Shown here piece after piece: positions 23,162 to 34,212 of a stretch of 47,930 nucleotides of DNA. Location: NCBI RefSeq assembly GCF_001194135.2, contig NC_068983.1:151849466-151897395 (forward strand), written 5' to 3'. The stretch comes from Octopus bimaculoides. Its lineage: Eukaryota. How positions within the stretch are numbered: the first letter of the stretch is position 1; every line of letters begins with the position of its first letter. The position numbers were made by a program, and so were the translations under genes. Under the pieces are notes generated by a model. It saw only the letters and a list, made by a program, of their open reading frames with translations, was not told the DNA's origin and made no database searches.

Positions 23162-23581
23162 TGAAGTTGGGATGCAGTACGACTGTTTCAGGCGGTTCCA
23201 TTTAATTGAACAATGCAATCATTACATCAATTTAAATGAAATGGTTTCTTCTGCTGCACNNNNNNNNNNNNNNNNNNNNNNNNNNNNNNNNNNNNNNNNN
23301 NNNNNNNNNNNNNNNNNNNNNNNNNNNNNNNNNNNNNNNNNNNNNNNNNNNNNNNNNNNNNNNNNNNNNNNNNNNNNNNNNNNNNNNNNNNNNNNNNNNN
23401 NNNNNNNNNNNNNNNNNNNNNNNNNNNNNNNNNNNNNNNNNNNNNNNNNNNNNNNNNNNNNNNNNNNNNNNNNNNNNNNNNNNNNNNNNNNNNNNNNNNN
23501 NNNNNNNNNNNNNNNNNNNNNNNNNNNNNNNNNNNNNNNNNNNNNNNNNNNNNNNNNNNNNNNNNNNNNNNNNNNNNNNNN

Positions 23582-23619
<38 letters not shown>

Positions 23620-23851
23620 ATATATTATATACATATATATATTATATACATATATATAAATATATACATACATATATAACAACAGTAGCATCGTCCTCTA
23701 TGGGACCACCGCACTTAGTTGCTGCTACTTTTCACTCCGCGATTTAATATTGCTTGCTTCCCCCTTTTCGAGATCAGCGACAGTTCGTTGCTGGAAAAAG
23801 CACATTATATTGTGCGTTTGGAATGAGTTCTCATCGCTAGCTGGTGATTAT

Positions 23852-23896
23852 TACACACTGATGACGAGTTACTATCCAGAAACCCGGGTCTGTGTG
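23852..23896 (+). ncRNA. Type I minimal hammerhead ribozyme
   Basis: TACACA-CTGATGA-CGAGTTACTATCCA-GAAA-CCCGGG-TC-TGTGTG. Stem I 6 bp, palindromic stem III ACCCGGGT, GUC site at 23890. Stem II is imperfect. Confidence 0.8.
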
Positions 23897-24096
23897 TATC
23901 ACGTATGGCTAGAGATGGGAACGATGACATCCCTTCGCAAATACTAATCACACAGAGACAGTGTGTCGTTAGCCAGCTGGAGGAGATGCTCTCCGGTGGC
24001 TATAAGCAGTAGCATCGTCCTCTGTGAACGGTGCATTTAGTTGGCAAATATATTTCACGATATGAATATATATATTTATATGCTGGGTTCGGCTGC

Positions 24097-24138
24097 TCTA
24101 CATTGATAAGGGGCAATACCCCGAAACTAGTCTGTAGA
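24097..24138 (+). ncRNA. Type I minimal hammerhead ribozyme, U3-A8 core variant
   Basis: TCTACA-TTGATAA-GGGG-CAATA-CCCC-GAAA-CTAG-TC-TGTAGA. Perfect stem I (6 bp) and stem II (4 bp), palindromic stem III ACTAGT, GUC site at 24132. Confidence 0.85.
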
Positions 24139-24303
24139 TGCCAGACCAGCAAGGGGAAGCGGCTGACCTCCCCTGTTCAAAGGTTATAATGGACACAGGT
24201 TCGTGTGTCACATAGCTAGCTAGAGGCGATGGCTTCTTGGAGCTAATCAACGGCAGAATTCGTCCTATTCCTTTGGACTGCTATGTTGGCTTGGCGATAA
24301 GTA

Positions 24304-24360
<57 letters not shown>

Positions 24361-25107
24361 GTATATATATATGTATGTATATATATATATATATGTATAT
24401 GTATTTTTTTTTTGCAACTATCTATTTACATGTATGTGTATCCATATGTATGTGTGTATGTGCACGCGAGCGTGTGCATACATATTTTGACCCAGGATAA
24501 AACGCTAGAACACAACAAACTTGTTTTCCCCAAATCTGTTGGCACCAGGTAAACAGAAGCACGACTACATACAAACACCCTCTCCTCCGCCACACACACA
24601 CAATAACACATAGACACACGCACACACACACGCGCACACACACATACACACACACACACACGTACACACACACACATACACACACGAACGTAGAGATATT
24701 TATACTTTATCAGTCGGACAAGTGGTATTTTACGCTCATTGATATTTTTGCCGAATATCTCACCACTTTTCCCTATCAACCTTCATTCTGCAGATGCCTA
24801 TCTTATTCTTTTCCTTCAGTTTTTCCTTCTCTCAGATATTTCCTTTCTCTCCCAATTCGCCCCACTCTGCCTCTCTGCCTCTCTGTCTCTCTCTCTCATT
24901 GTTACTCTTTTACTGTTTTCTTAATTTCTGGTCTTAATTCCTTCCCGTCGGTCTAATCTAATTTTAATTTAACTTCATCTAGCTTCTGTTGTTATTACTT
25001 TCCTATAATCATATTAGACGTATTCTCAGATGAGTTTCAAAAGTGTTGAAAATACAATTTCTGAGGTGTTTTTCCCCTTCCTCTCCTTCACAGAGAAGAA
25101 ACTCCCC

Positions 25108-25143
<36 letters not shown>

Positions 25144-25154
25144 TTATCACTCTT

Positions 25155-25325
25155 TCTATCACTTACTCTCTCTCTCTGACTCTCTCTCTCTGACTCTCTC
25201 TCTCTGACTCTCTCTCTCTGACTCTCTCTCTCTGACTCTCTCTCTCTGACTCTCTCTCTCTGACTCTCTCTCTCTGACTCTCTCTCTCTGACTCTCTCAG
25301 TTACTCTCTCTCTCTGACTCTCTCT
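25155..25325. repeat. 12-bp (ACTCTCTCTCTG)n array within a (CT)n region
   Basis: Directly visible. Confidence 0.95.
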
Positions 25326-25544
25326 CTCTACTTCTGTCTGACATATGCATGCATATGTACATATATGCAAGTACGATAAGGACCGACCGAATCTCTAGTT
25401 ATCTCTCTGTTTCTCTTTTTCTCTCCACACACATACTGATACAAACATACACACAAACATTCCTATATACATACATACATACATACATACATACATACAT
25501 GCATATATATATATAAGTGTATATATGCATGTATATATAAACAC

Positions 25545-25594
<50 letters not shown>

Positions 25595-26145
25595 TAATAT
25601 ATACGCGCATACATATGAACATATGTAAATGTGTATATATATATATATATATCAATGCGAATGTGAATGCGAATATACAAACATAAATACATAGAAATAT
25701 GCATATTAATTCAAATGTGTATGCGTCGTTTGCATCCTTACACTTTCATTTTTTTGGGGCATTTTATGTTGGGAAAAAGAAATTGCAAAGTAAGGTTAAG
25801 ACAATTGTAAGAAATTACAATCCTTCTCACACCCCAACGCACAAAAACACGAAAGAAAAAAACAAAAAATATAAGATCGTCGATTAGAAAAAATTAGCAA
25901 AAAAGAAACGCATCTAAGTAAAATATATTGTTAATAAACGTTCTCAATACACTGAATTTAAGTTTAAACGGTAGTGACAAGATTTCTCTTGTATTAATTT
26001 ATTAATTATTTCAATCTATCTATTTATTTAATTAAGCAGTATTCACACGGAATTATACTGGACAAAAAATGAGTCTAAAAATAAATATCTATCAATGTAT
26101 GTGTGTATACATACATACATACATGCATATATGTGTGTGTATATA

Positions 26146-26180
<35 letters not shown>

Positions 26181-26734
26181 NNNNNNNNNNNNNNNNNNNN
26201 NNNNNNNNNNNNNNNNNNNNNNNNNNNNNNNNNNNNNNNNNNNNNNNNNNNNNNNNNNNNNNNNNNNNNNNNNNNNNNNNNNNNNNNNNNNNNNNNNNNN
26301 NNNNNNNNNNNNNNNNNNNNNNNNNNNNNNNNNNNNNNNNNNNNNNNNNNNNNNNNNNNNNNNNNNNNNNNNNNNNNNNNNNNNNNNNNNNNNNNNNNNN
26401 NNNNNNNNNNNNNNNNNNNNNNNNNNNNNNNNNNNNNNNNNNNNNNNNNNNNNNNNNNNNNNNNNNNNNNNNNNNNNNNNNNNNNNNNNNNNNNNNNNNN
26501 NNNNNNNNNNNNNNNNNNNNNNNNNNNNNNNNNNNNNNNNNNNNNNNNNNNNNNNNNNNNNNNNNNNNNNNNNNNNNNNNNNNNNNNNNNNNNNNNNNNN
26601 NNNNNNNNNNNNNNNNNNNNNNNNNNNNNNNNNNNNNNNNNNNNNNNNNNNNNNNNNNNNNNNNNNNNNNNNNNNNNNNNNNNNNNNNNNNNNNNNNNNN
26701 NNNNNNNNNATATATATATATATATATATATATA

Positions 26735-26894
26735 GTGGCTGTTTGGTAAGTAGCCTGCTTACCAACCACATGGCTCTGGGTTCAGTCCCACATGCGTGGC
26801 ACCTTGGGCAAGTGTCTTCTATTACAGCTTCGGGCCGAGTAAAGCCTTGTGAGTGGGTGTGGTAGACGGAAACTGAAAGAAGCCCGTCGTATAG

Positions 26895-26927
<33 letters not shown>

Positions 26928-27150
26928 TGCATATGTTTGTGTGTCTGTGTCTGTCACCCAACATCGCTTGACAACTGAGGCTGGTGTGTTTACGTCCCCG
27001 TAACCTAGCAGTTCGGCAAAGAGACCGATAAAATAAGTACTAGGCTTACAAAAACAAAATCTTGGGTTCGGTTTGCTCGACTAAAGGCGGTGCTCCAGCG
27101 TTACCGCAGTCAAATGACTGAAATACATAAAGGAATATAGCAAGCGAATA
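26735..27150 (+). mobile_element. SINE family A, near full length
   Basis: A-box TGGCTGTTTGG, B-box GGTTCAGTCCC, CORE-like GTGGCACCTTGGGCAAGT, internal (TA)n, complete tail. Confidence 0.9.
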
Positions 27151-27759
27151 TTTGAGTCTCCATTGGTCAGCATAGAACACATGGACATTAACTTCCTACT
27201 CCGTATCGCGGATCAGGCATGATGTTGTTTTTGTCAGCTCACCTGTGTTCGGTGAGAAATGAGATATCTCAGCAGCGACAGTTTTGAAGACCAGAGGTAA
27301 GCATACAAGACTGAGGACAATTTTGACTAAATATATTCTTTTCTACTCTAGGCACNNNNNNNNNNNNNNNNNNNNNNNNNNNNNNNNNNNNNNNNNNNNN
27401 NNNNNNNNNNNNNNNNNNNNNNNNNNNNNNNNNNNNNNNNNNNNNNNNNNNNNNNNNNNNNNNNNNNNNNNNNNNNNNNNNNNNNNNNNNNNNNNNNNNN
27501 NNNNNNNNNNNNNNNNNNNNNNNNNNNNNNNNNNNNNNNNNNNNNNNNNNNNNNNNNNNNNNNNNNNNNNNNNNNNNNNNNNNNNNNNNNNNNNNNNNNN
27601 NNNNNNNNNNNNNNNNNNNNNNNNNNNNNNNNNNNNNNNNNNNNNNNNNNNNNNNNNNNNNNNNNNNNNNNNNNNNNNNNNNNNNNNNNNNNNNCTATCT
27701 ATCTATCTATCTATCTATCTATCCATCTATCTATCTATCTATAACTACACATACAAGCA

Positions 27760-27831
27760 TACCTGCATATATATATACCTCCATATATATACCTCCATAT
27801 ATATACCTGCATATATATACCTCCATATATA
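27760..27831. repeat. 13-bp tandem repeat (ATACCT(C/G)CATAT-type)
   Basis: Directly visible. Confidence 0.85.
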
Positions 27832-28713
27832 TGCATGTACATATGAAAATATACCCACAAAGATACATAATATCTCTGTGTACATGTAAAATGTACCCAT
27901 AATTAAATACTCGCACAGGGCAATCACACATATATATTCAGAGAAAGGAAAGAGACAGCAACAGAGAAAGTGAGATTTGAATAGATAGAGCTGTCTCCTG
28001 TGTAATGCTTTGCACTGGAGAGTTAAAAATCAATAAATACATAAAAAATAACGGAAAAACTTCGGTAGAGAAAATCTGAAGCACAGTTGCAGAGTAGAGT
28101 GGAATCCATGACTAGAGATACACATAAGTGACACAAACAAGACGGAAATATTTTACCATTATATAAGAAGAGAAACGAATGAACATCGATCTGTGCGTAA
28201 TTGATTGTTTCAGTGTGTGTTGAAGTATTCAGAGAAAACCTATTTCGAAAATACTTTATGAGAAAGTTCAAATATATATCTTTCATAAATTATTGCTACA
28301 CAAAATAAAAATATGTTTCTGAAATGTTAATATTTTAACAAGTTGCCTTCATATTACACGACTTATAATATCTTAATCTACTATTTTCACTTATTAGATG
28401 CTAGGGCATCGCCTTGAAGTCCTTATTAGAACAATTTATTCTAAAGGTATCTTTTGCAGAACCGCTAAGTTAAGGGTATGTCAAAAAAGCATAGGTAGAC
28501 AAACGGTGGTGGACTAACAAGAACATGCATACAACCCCACTCCCCACAAGCCCATATATATAATTCTTTTCTTCTACTTTAGACACAAGTCCTGAAATTT
28601 TTTCGGGAAAAAGATTAGTCGATTATATCGACCCTAGCAGTCAACTGGTACTTAGTTTATCGACCCCGGGAGGATGAAAGGGAAAGTAAAATTTGAACTC
28701 AGGTTGCAAAACC

Positions 28714-28837
28714 GGAAATTATGTACATTCTTTACATTATTTACATATGACGGATATTTGTCCTCATCATGTTTGGTGTTGTGGTTAAGAGCGCGGGCTA
28801 ATAACCCCAAGATTCCGAGTTCGATTCCAGGCAGTGA

Positions 28838-28869
<32 letters not shown>

Positions 28870-29035
28870 CTAATAACAACAGCATCGAAAAATACATTAG
28901 GAATGAGAACTCATGTTCGAAATTTTCCCAAGACACCCGATGGAGGCTGGAGGGTATATCAGCCGAAACGTTGTGTTAACAACAAACAAGGTGAGGACAA
29001 ATATCCGTTAAATGTAAATAATGTAAATAATGTAA
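28714..29035 (+). mobile_element. Composite tRNA-head/(AAT)n/hammerhead element, 5'-truncated, preceded by an inverted copy of its own tail
   Basis: 28776-29035 is homologous to the reverse complement of 3053-3335. 28714-28775 is the reverse complement of the element tail. Confidence 0.85.
28932..28977 (+). ncRNA. Minimal hammerhead motif (intact stems, two core substitutions)
   Basis: GACAC-CCGATGG-A-GGCTG-GAGGGTATAT-CAGCC-GAAA-CGT-T-GTGTT. Confidence 0.7.
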
Positions 29036-29583
29036 AAAACGGATATAAATGTTGCTGAGCATTTTATCCAATGTACAAACATTTCTACAAGCTACCCGCC
29101 TTTTCAGTAACGATAAGGAAAAATGTATGCTTTACTTACCATAAAAATGCTTCAAACAACCAAGATAACTGCATGGAAAATTTAGTTTCTTTTCTTTTCC
29201 ATGTATTATCATCTTCATTGATTTCTCCATTTTAATATACCTTACAATGATTGTAGAATCATTATATATTGGAATATGTCATCTCATAAACGCACTTGAT
29301 GGAGAAAATTTATAACTGAAAAAAAAAAGAAAGAAAACGTAAATTATAGTAACTTGAGCGTGTTTTTTTCTATGGATGAAAGCTAGAATACACGCATGTA
29401 TGTATGTATGTATGTATGCATGTATGTATGTATGTATGTATGTATGCATGTATGTACGTACGTAGTATGCATGTATGTTTGAATATATGGATGAGTGGTG
29501 CGTTTGTGTGCCTACAACTGGGATAACCAGTATTAATAAATTTACGTCTGAGTATGTTATATCGCAAGATATTAATAATTGTA

Positions 29584-29636
<53 letters not shown>

Positions 29637-30522
29637 CTGTATAGTACACACACACATACACATATCTATATACTTACCACATGTCTAANNNNNNNNNNNN
29701 NNNNNNNNNNNNNNNNNNNNNNNNNNNNNNNNNNNNNNNNNNNNNNNNNNNNNNNNNNNNNNNNNNNNNNNNNNNNNNNNNNNNNNNNNNNNNNNNNNNN
29801 NNNNNNNNNNNNNNNNNNNNNNNNNNNNNNNNNNNNNNNNNNNNNNNNNNNNNNNNNNNNNNNNNNNNNNNNNNNNNNNNNNNNNNNNNNNNNNNNNNNN
29901 NNNNNNNNNNNNNNNNNNNNNNNNNNNNNNNNNNNNNNNNNNNNNNNNNNNNNNNNNNNNNNNNNNNNNNNNNNNNNNNNNNNNNNNNNNNNNNNNNNNN
30001 NNNNNNNNNNNNNNNNNNNNNNNNNNNNNNNNNNNNNNNNNNNNNNNNNNNNNNNNNNNNNNNNNNNNNNNNNNNNNNNNNNNNNNNNNNNNNNNNNNNN
30101 NNNNNNNNNNNNNNNNNNNNNNNNNNNNNNNNNNNNNNNNNNNNNNNNNNNNNNNNNNNNNNNNNNNNNNNNNNNNNNNNNNNNNNNNNNNNNNNNNNNN
30201 NNNNNNNNNNNNNNNNNNNNNNNNNNNNNNNNNNNNNNNNNNNNNNNNNNNNNNNNNNNNNNNNNNNNNNNNNNNNNNNNNNNNNNNNNNNNNNNNNNNN
30301 NNNNNNNNNNNNNNNNNNNNNNNNNNNNNNNNNNNNNNNNNNNNNNNNNNNNNNNNNNNNNNNNNNNNNNNNNNNNNNNNNNNNNNNNNNNNNNNNNNNN
30401 NNNNNNNNNNNNNNNNNNNNNNNNNNNNNNNNNNNNNNNNNNNNNNNNNNNNNNNNNNNNNNNNNNNNNNNNNNNNNNNNNNNNNNNNNNNNNNNNNNNN
30501 NNNNNNNNNNNNNNNNNNNNNN

Positions 30523-30579
<57 letters not shown>

Positions 30580-30819
30580 ACATGTTTGGGCTTTGCTTTG
30601 TATCTGTACAAGTTGACTCTTATTCAGAGACTCCAACTGTCAACAAGCTAGTTCAGGTTGGTGTTATGACTAGGGTGCCGTATTCTGGGTTTTGCACAGA
30701 GTATTGTTCTAGAGAATGTCTTTCAAAAGAAGAAAATTAGAGGTTTGTTCAGATGATAGTGTGATCTCGAGATGACAGTAAATGGTGTTTGCTATTATGT
30801 ACATTTAAATGTTCTTTTG

Positions 30820-31200
30820 ACAATATTATTATTATTATTATATGAGAGAGCAGTGCATGCCATCAAAGTGACACGGGTAAAATATACGAAGCCCATTATA
30901 CCCATTATGACTACCCGTCTGATAAGGGTACACCAGGCACATGCATCACAACCCTATCTGCAAGACATGGGGATTTCATATCAAGATAAATAGCTCATGA
31001 ACTTGCAGGTGGGACCTATTTAAGATTTTCTTCACATCGAGTAGCCCATCGAAGTGAATCTGGGGTAAAAATATATGAAATCCAATGTACCCATCATGAC
31101 TACTCATCGGATAAGGGTACACCAGGTACATGCATCACAACCAGATATGCACGACATGGTGACCTCCTATGAACATAAACAGCGCAGGACCTTGCTGGTG
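30820..31200 (-). mobile_element. Retroposon 3'-end fragment with (AAT)n tail and an internal direct repeat
   Basis: TACCCAT(T/C)ATGACTAC..GATAAGGGTACACCAGG(C/T)ACATGCATCACAACC occurs at about 30899 and 31088. (TAT)n tract at 30822-30840. Confidence 0.6.
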
Positions 31201-31354
31201 AACATAATCAAGCAAGCTGCAGGTCGTATTTTTTATAACCTATGGCATGGACAATTTTCATTGTAACTACGAATATTGGAAACGTCATTATCGAAGTTGC
31301 TACATAGGACAAAATTTTATGATATTCTTGCCAGTTAACAAGAACTAGCATAGA

Positions 31355-32330
31355 TCATAATTTTTGTGGACTGGATTGTCATGCGCAGCCGCTGTGGAAA
31401 TGGTATAAGAATCAATAGGTGTAGAATAGGTTAAATGATATTTGCAGACGACATGGTGTTACCTGGCTCATCAGAAAGTGAATATACTGAATGGATTCGC
31501 TGCCGAGTGCTGGAAAAGAAGGTCGAGAACTTGTGTTGCGAAGACTGAAACATTGGTCCTCTCAGAAAAGTCATCCCAGTGTACTCTGCACGTTAATCGA
31601 ACATCATTGAGTTAGATAAGTGGAGAAATTTAAGTATCTCCGGGCAGTATTTACGAGCCATGGAAGGTAGCAGGAGACTGAATTGCAATTGATGGTAGAA
31701 TAAATCGTGGGCTCCAGTATTTGATACTCAGATGAGATGTTGGCAAAAACGTTGTATTCAGTTGTACTTTCGTACTTATCCTCCTCTATGGTCATGAATT
31801 TTGGGTAATGAGCGAAAGATTATGATCACGAATACATAATCACGAAAGATTATGATCACTTTGATGGCATGCGCTGCTCTTTCACTCAATAATAATAATA
31901 ACATTGTCAAAAGTACTTTTAAATGTACATAATAGCAAACGCCTTTTACTGTCATCTCGATATCACACTATCATCTGAACAAACTTCTGTAGGATTCCTG
32001 AAAAGTGTCTCTATAATGACGTGACTCGACAGGGTGCGTAACACGGAGATCGAGAAGTCTCTCAAGGTTGATTCGTTACTTGGTATCACAGAGATATGAT
32101 TAGAATGTCCCATAAAAGAATCTTATGAGTGATTCTTCAATCCAAGTCAACCAGCAGCAAACTTTAGAGTAGAACAAGAACGAGATGGTTGGATAATATC
32201 CATAATCTGAGTTAGTGTCGTTCGGAAATTCATCCGGAAAATCCAATGACGGCTGCTTTTGATAGGATCCTATGAAGGAGGCGTCTGAGAAATCTAGCCC
32301 CACCCCGATGACCCTCCCGGGAATTGTGAG
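31355..32330 (+). mobile_element. RTE-clade LINE relic (RT to 3' end), interrupted at about 31836-31985
   Basis: Relic peptides IIFVDWI...MIFADDMVLPGSSE, KTETLVLS, EKFKYL, LLYGHEFWVMSERL*SRI, GFLKSVSIMT*LDRVRNTEIEKSLKV. Confidence 0.85.
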
Positions 32331-32899
32331 TAGAGAAGATGGATGAATGGAAAATATTATCAGAAAAAAAAAAACGTGTATAAATAGCACAATGATTTTG
32401 TATAAAATACAAGAGTAGAATAATGAAGGAAAAAATGAAATACACGAGGATTAAACGTTGTATATTATTTTTTTCTGGCATTGGCAGTTCTACAATATGT
32501 ACCAGGATTTCCGTCATCCTCTGTGGACAATAGAAGGGCCAGCAGCACGTCATTATGACCAAGAATTCATTGTAATGACGAGAATTTGAAGGCCATGAAA
32601 CTTTAATAGACATAGGTTTTAAAATGTTATTGTTCTGAACTAATAAGGATATACGAACATCCGTAATAAAAAAGATAAAACTAGAATATCGTCTTGTCCT
32701 TAATATTACTTTGCAAGAAAAGGCGTTCATATACTCTCATACACACACGAACAGCCAGACTCACGCGTACGCAGGCACACACGCGCACTAATTATATGTA
32801 AAAGTGTTCACGGTAATGCACACAGTCACAATATATGCACTCATACACTCGGAAGTTTGCAATATTATTTTATTTATCTAGTTTTACATGTTTACACTT

Positions 32900-33450
32900 T
32901 TATCGCCTTCAAAATATTCTTCGTTTGAAGCAATGTAATCGGTCCAGATGCGTTTTTCACTGTTCCAAGCAGTCCTGGAATTCTTGCAAAGTGATGCCTT
33001 TTAATGCCTCCTTCCTTTTGTTCTTCACCTCTTCCACATCTGCAAAAATGTTTTCCTTTAAGGATTTTTCTCATTCAGGGAACAAAAAAAGTCGCAAACA
33101 AAAGAGCAAGATCGGGTGAATATGGAAGGTGGGTAAGCGGAGTCACGCATTTTTGGTCAAAAACTGTCTCACACTCAGGCGGTGTGTTCAAGCGCATTGT
33201 CGTGATGAAATCACCACTCTCCACTGTGCCGTAGTCAAGACGATTTAGTCTCACCGTGTTTCGCAAATGTCTCAGAACTGCCTAATAAAATGTCTGGTTA
33301 ACAGTTTGACCAGGAGGAACTAATTATGTGTGGACAATTCCTTTCACATCGATGAAACAAATCAGCATCGTCTTGACATTGGACTTCACTTGACGCACTT
33401 CTGCGGGGCGTAGTGACATTGAATGCTTCTATTGACTGGATTACTGTGTT
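32900..33450 (-). mobile_element. Mariner transposase relic (catalytic domain to C-terminus)
   Basis: RQVKSNVKTMLICFIDVKGIVH..VPPGQTVNQTFY, HHDNA, TPLTHLPYSPDLA, LKGKHF, IASNEEYFE. Confidence 0.92.
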
Positions 33451-33707
33451 ACTGGATCGTTTCAGTGATGAACTTAAAAAAAAAAAAAAGAGTCCTGATC
33501 AAGTTCCAACTGTTCATTCAGTTCACGACACTTGTACTGCCATCGATATTTTTGAAATACTTTAACTGAGGAAGTCTTACATAACGGATGCCTTTCCTAT
33601 TATATATTCAACAAACCTGAAACGTATTACATGATTTCAAAATATCACTATTTAGTTTGACCTCAATATTGCAACAATATTCATATGGGCGTGCATGTGC
33701 GTTTGAT

Positions 33708-33926
33708 AGCGAGTGGTTTAGTGATTAGTAGTTGGACTCATAATTGTCAGCTTGTGAATTCCATTCGTCGACCGGGCGACCAGTTATGTTCTTCAGCAAA
33801 GCACTTCGCTTTACTTCGTTCCGGTTCTTTCAGCTGACAGAAATGAGTAATTCTGCGACAGACCGGTGTCCCATCCAGGGGGGTCAACCTATGTGTCGCA
33901 GAAACCGGAAAAACCGGGCGTATGAG
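33708..33926 (+). mobile_element. Decayed tRNA-derived SINE (fourth family)
   Basis: A-box-like GTGGTTTAGTG, followed by GTTCTTCAGCAAAGCACTT and TGCGACAGACCGGTGTCCCATCCAGGGGGG..GCAGAAACCGG. These resemble conserved metazoan SINE central domains (from memory). Confidence 0.6.
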
Positions 33927-33984
33927 TTTATATATATAATATCCATATTTGTATTCTCTATCTATGTGTATGTGCATGTATGTC

Positions 33985-34212
33985 TGTGTGTGTATACCTA
34001 CGAAGGCAGGTGAAGGAACAACAAGTAGGTGTATTTTTTTAACGCTCAGGAAAAATGGAAAAGTCTTTGACATTTCAAACCTACGCTCTTCGACAGAAGA
34101 GATTGAGGAAAATAAACGAAAAGAGAATGAAAAAAACCCCCCAAAAAACAGAGAGAAAAAAAGCATATGTACAGATATGTCCAACATGATGAAATGGCCC
34201 TGTATGCACAAT
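33985..34212 (-). mobile_element. Penelope pLTR-like repeat with HHR-like motif (U6 variant); near-identical copy across the gap at 34604-34838
   Basis: Minus strand TCTT-CTGTCGA-A-GAGC-GTAG-GTTT-GAAA-TGTC-AAAGA at 34100-34064. Homologous to 38770-38960. Confidence 0.6.

Larger units (their letters stand above)
23683..24270 (+). mobile_element. Tandem retrozyme-like / Penelope pLTR-like array (two diverged units plus the start of a third), between (TA)n tracts
   Basis: Anchor CAGTAGCATCGTCCTCT at 23683 and 24007, degenerate at 24254. Shared ACACAG..GTGTGTC..TAGCYAGCTRGAGG block after each HHR; one HHR per unit. Confidence 0.75.
28575..29103 (-). mobile_element. SINE family C, split by the hammerhead-SINE insertion
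   Basis: 3' part at 28575-28710 (TCGACCC..GTCAACTGGTACT..TTTATCGACCCCGG..GGATGAAAG); head at 29040-29103 (RC AAAGGCGGGTAGCTTGTAGAAA...AAAATGCTCAGC). Confidence 0.7.

Noticed and set aside
27224-27276. Three-way-junction look-alike (CTCACC/GGTGAG hairpin, GAAA, TGAGATATCTCA)
   Set aside because: The core is not CUGANGA-compatible and there is no valid stem III/NUH geometry.
32435-32560. Plus-strand signal-peptide-like stretch, and a minus-strand 'VSWPSNS...FYCP' ephrin-like stretch
   Set aside because: The plus reading needs a frameshift to gain a Met and stops early; the minus reading lacks the following conserved Cys and good splice sites.
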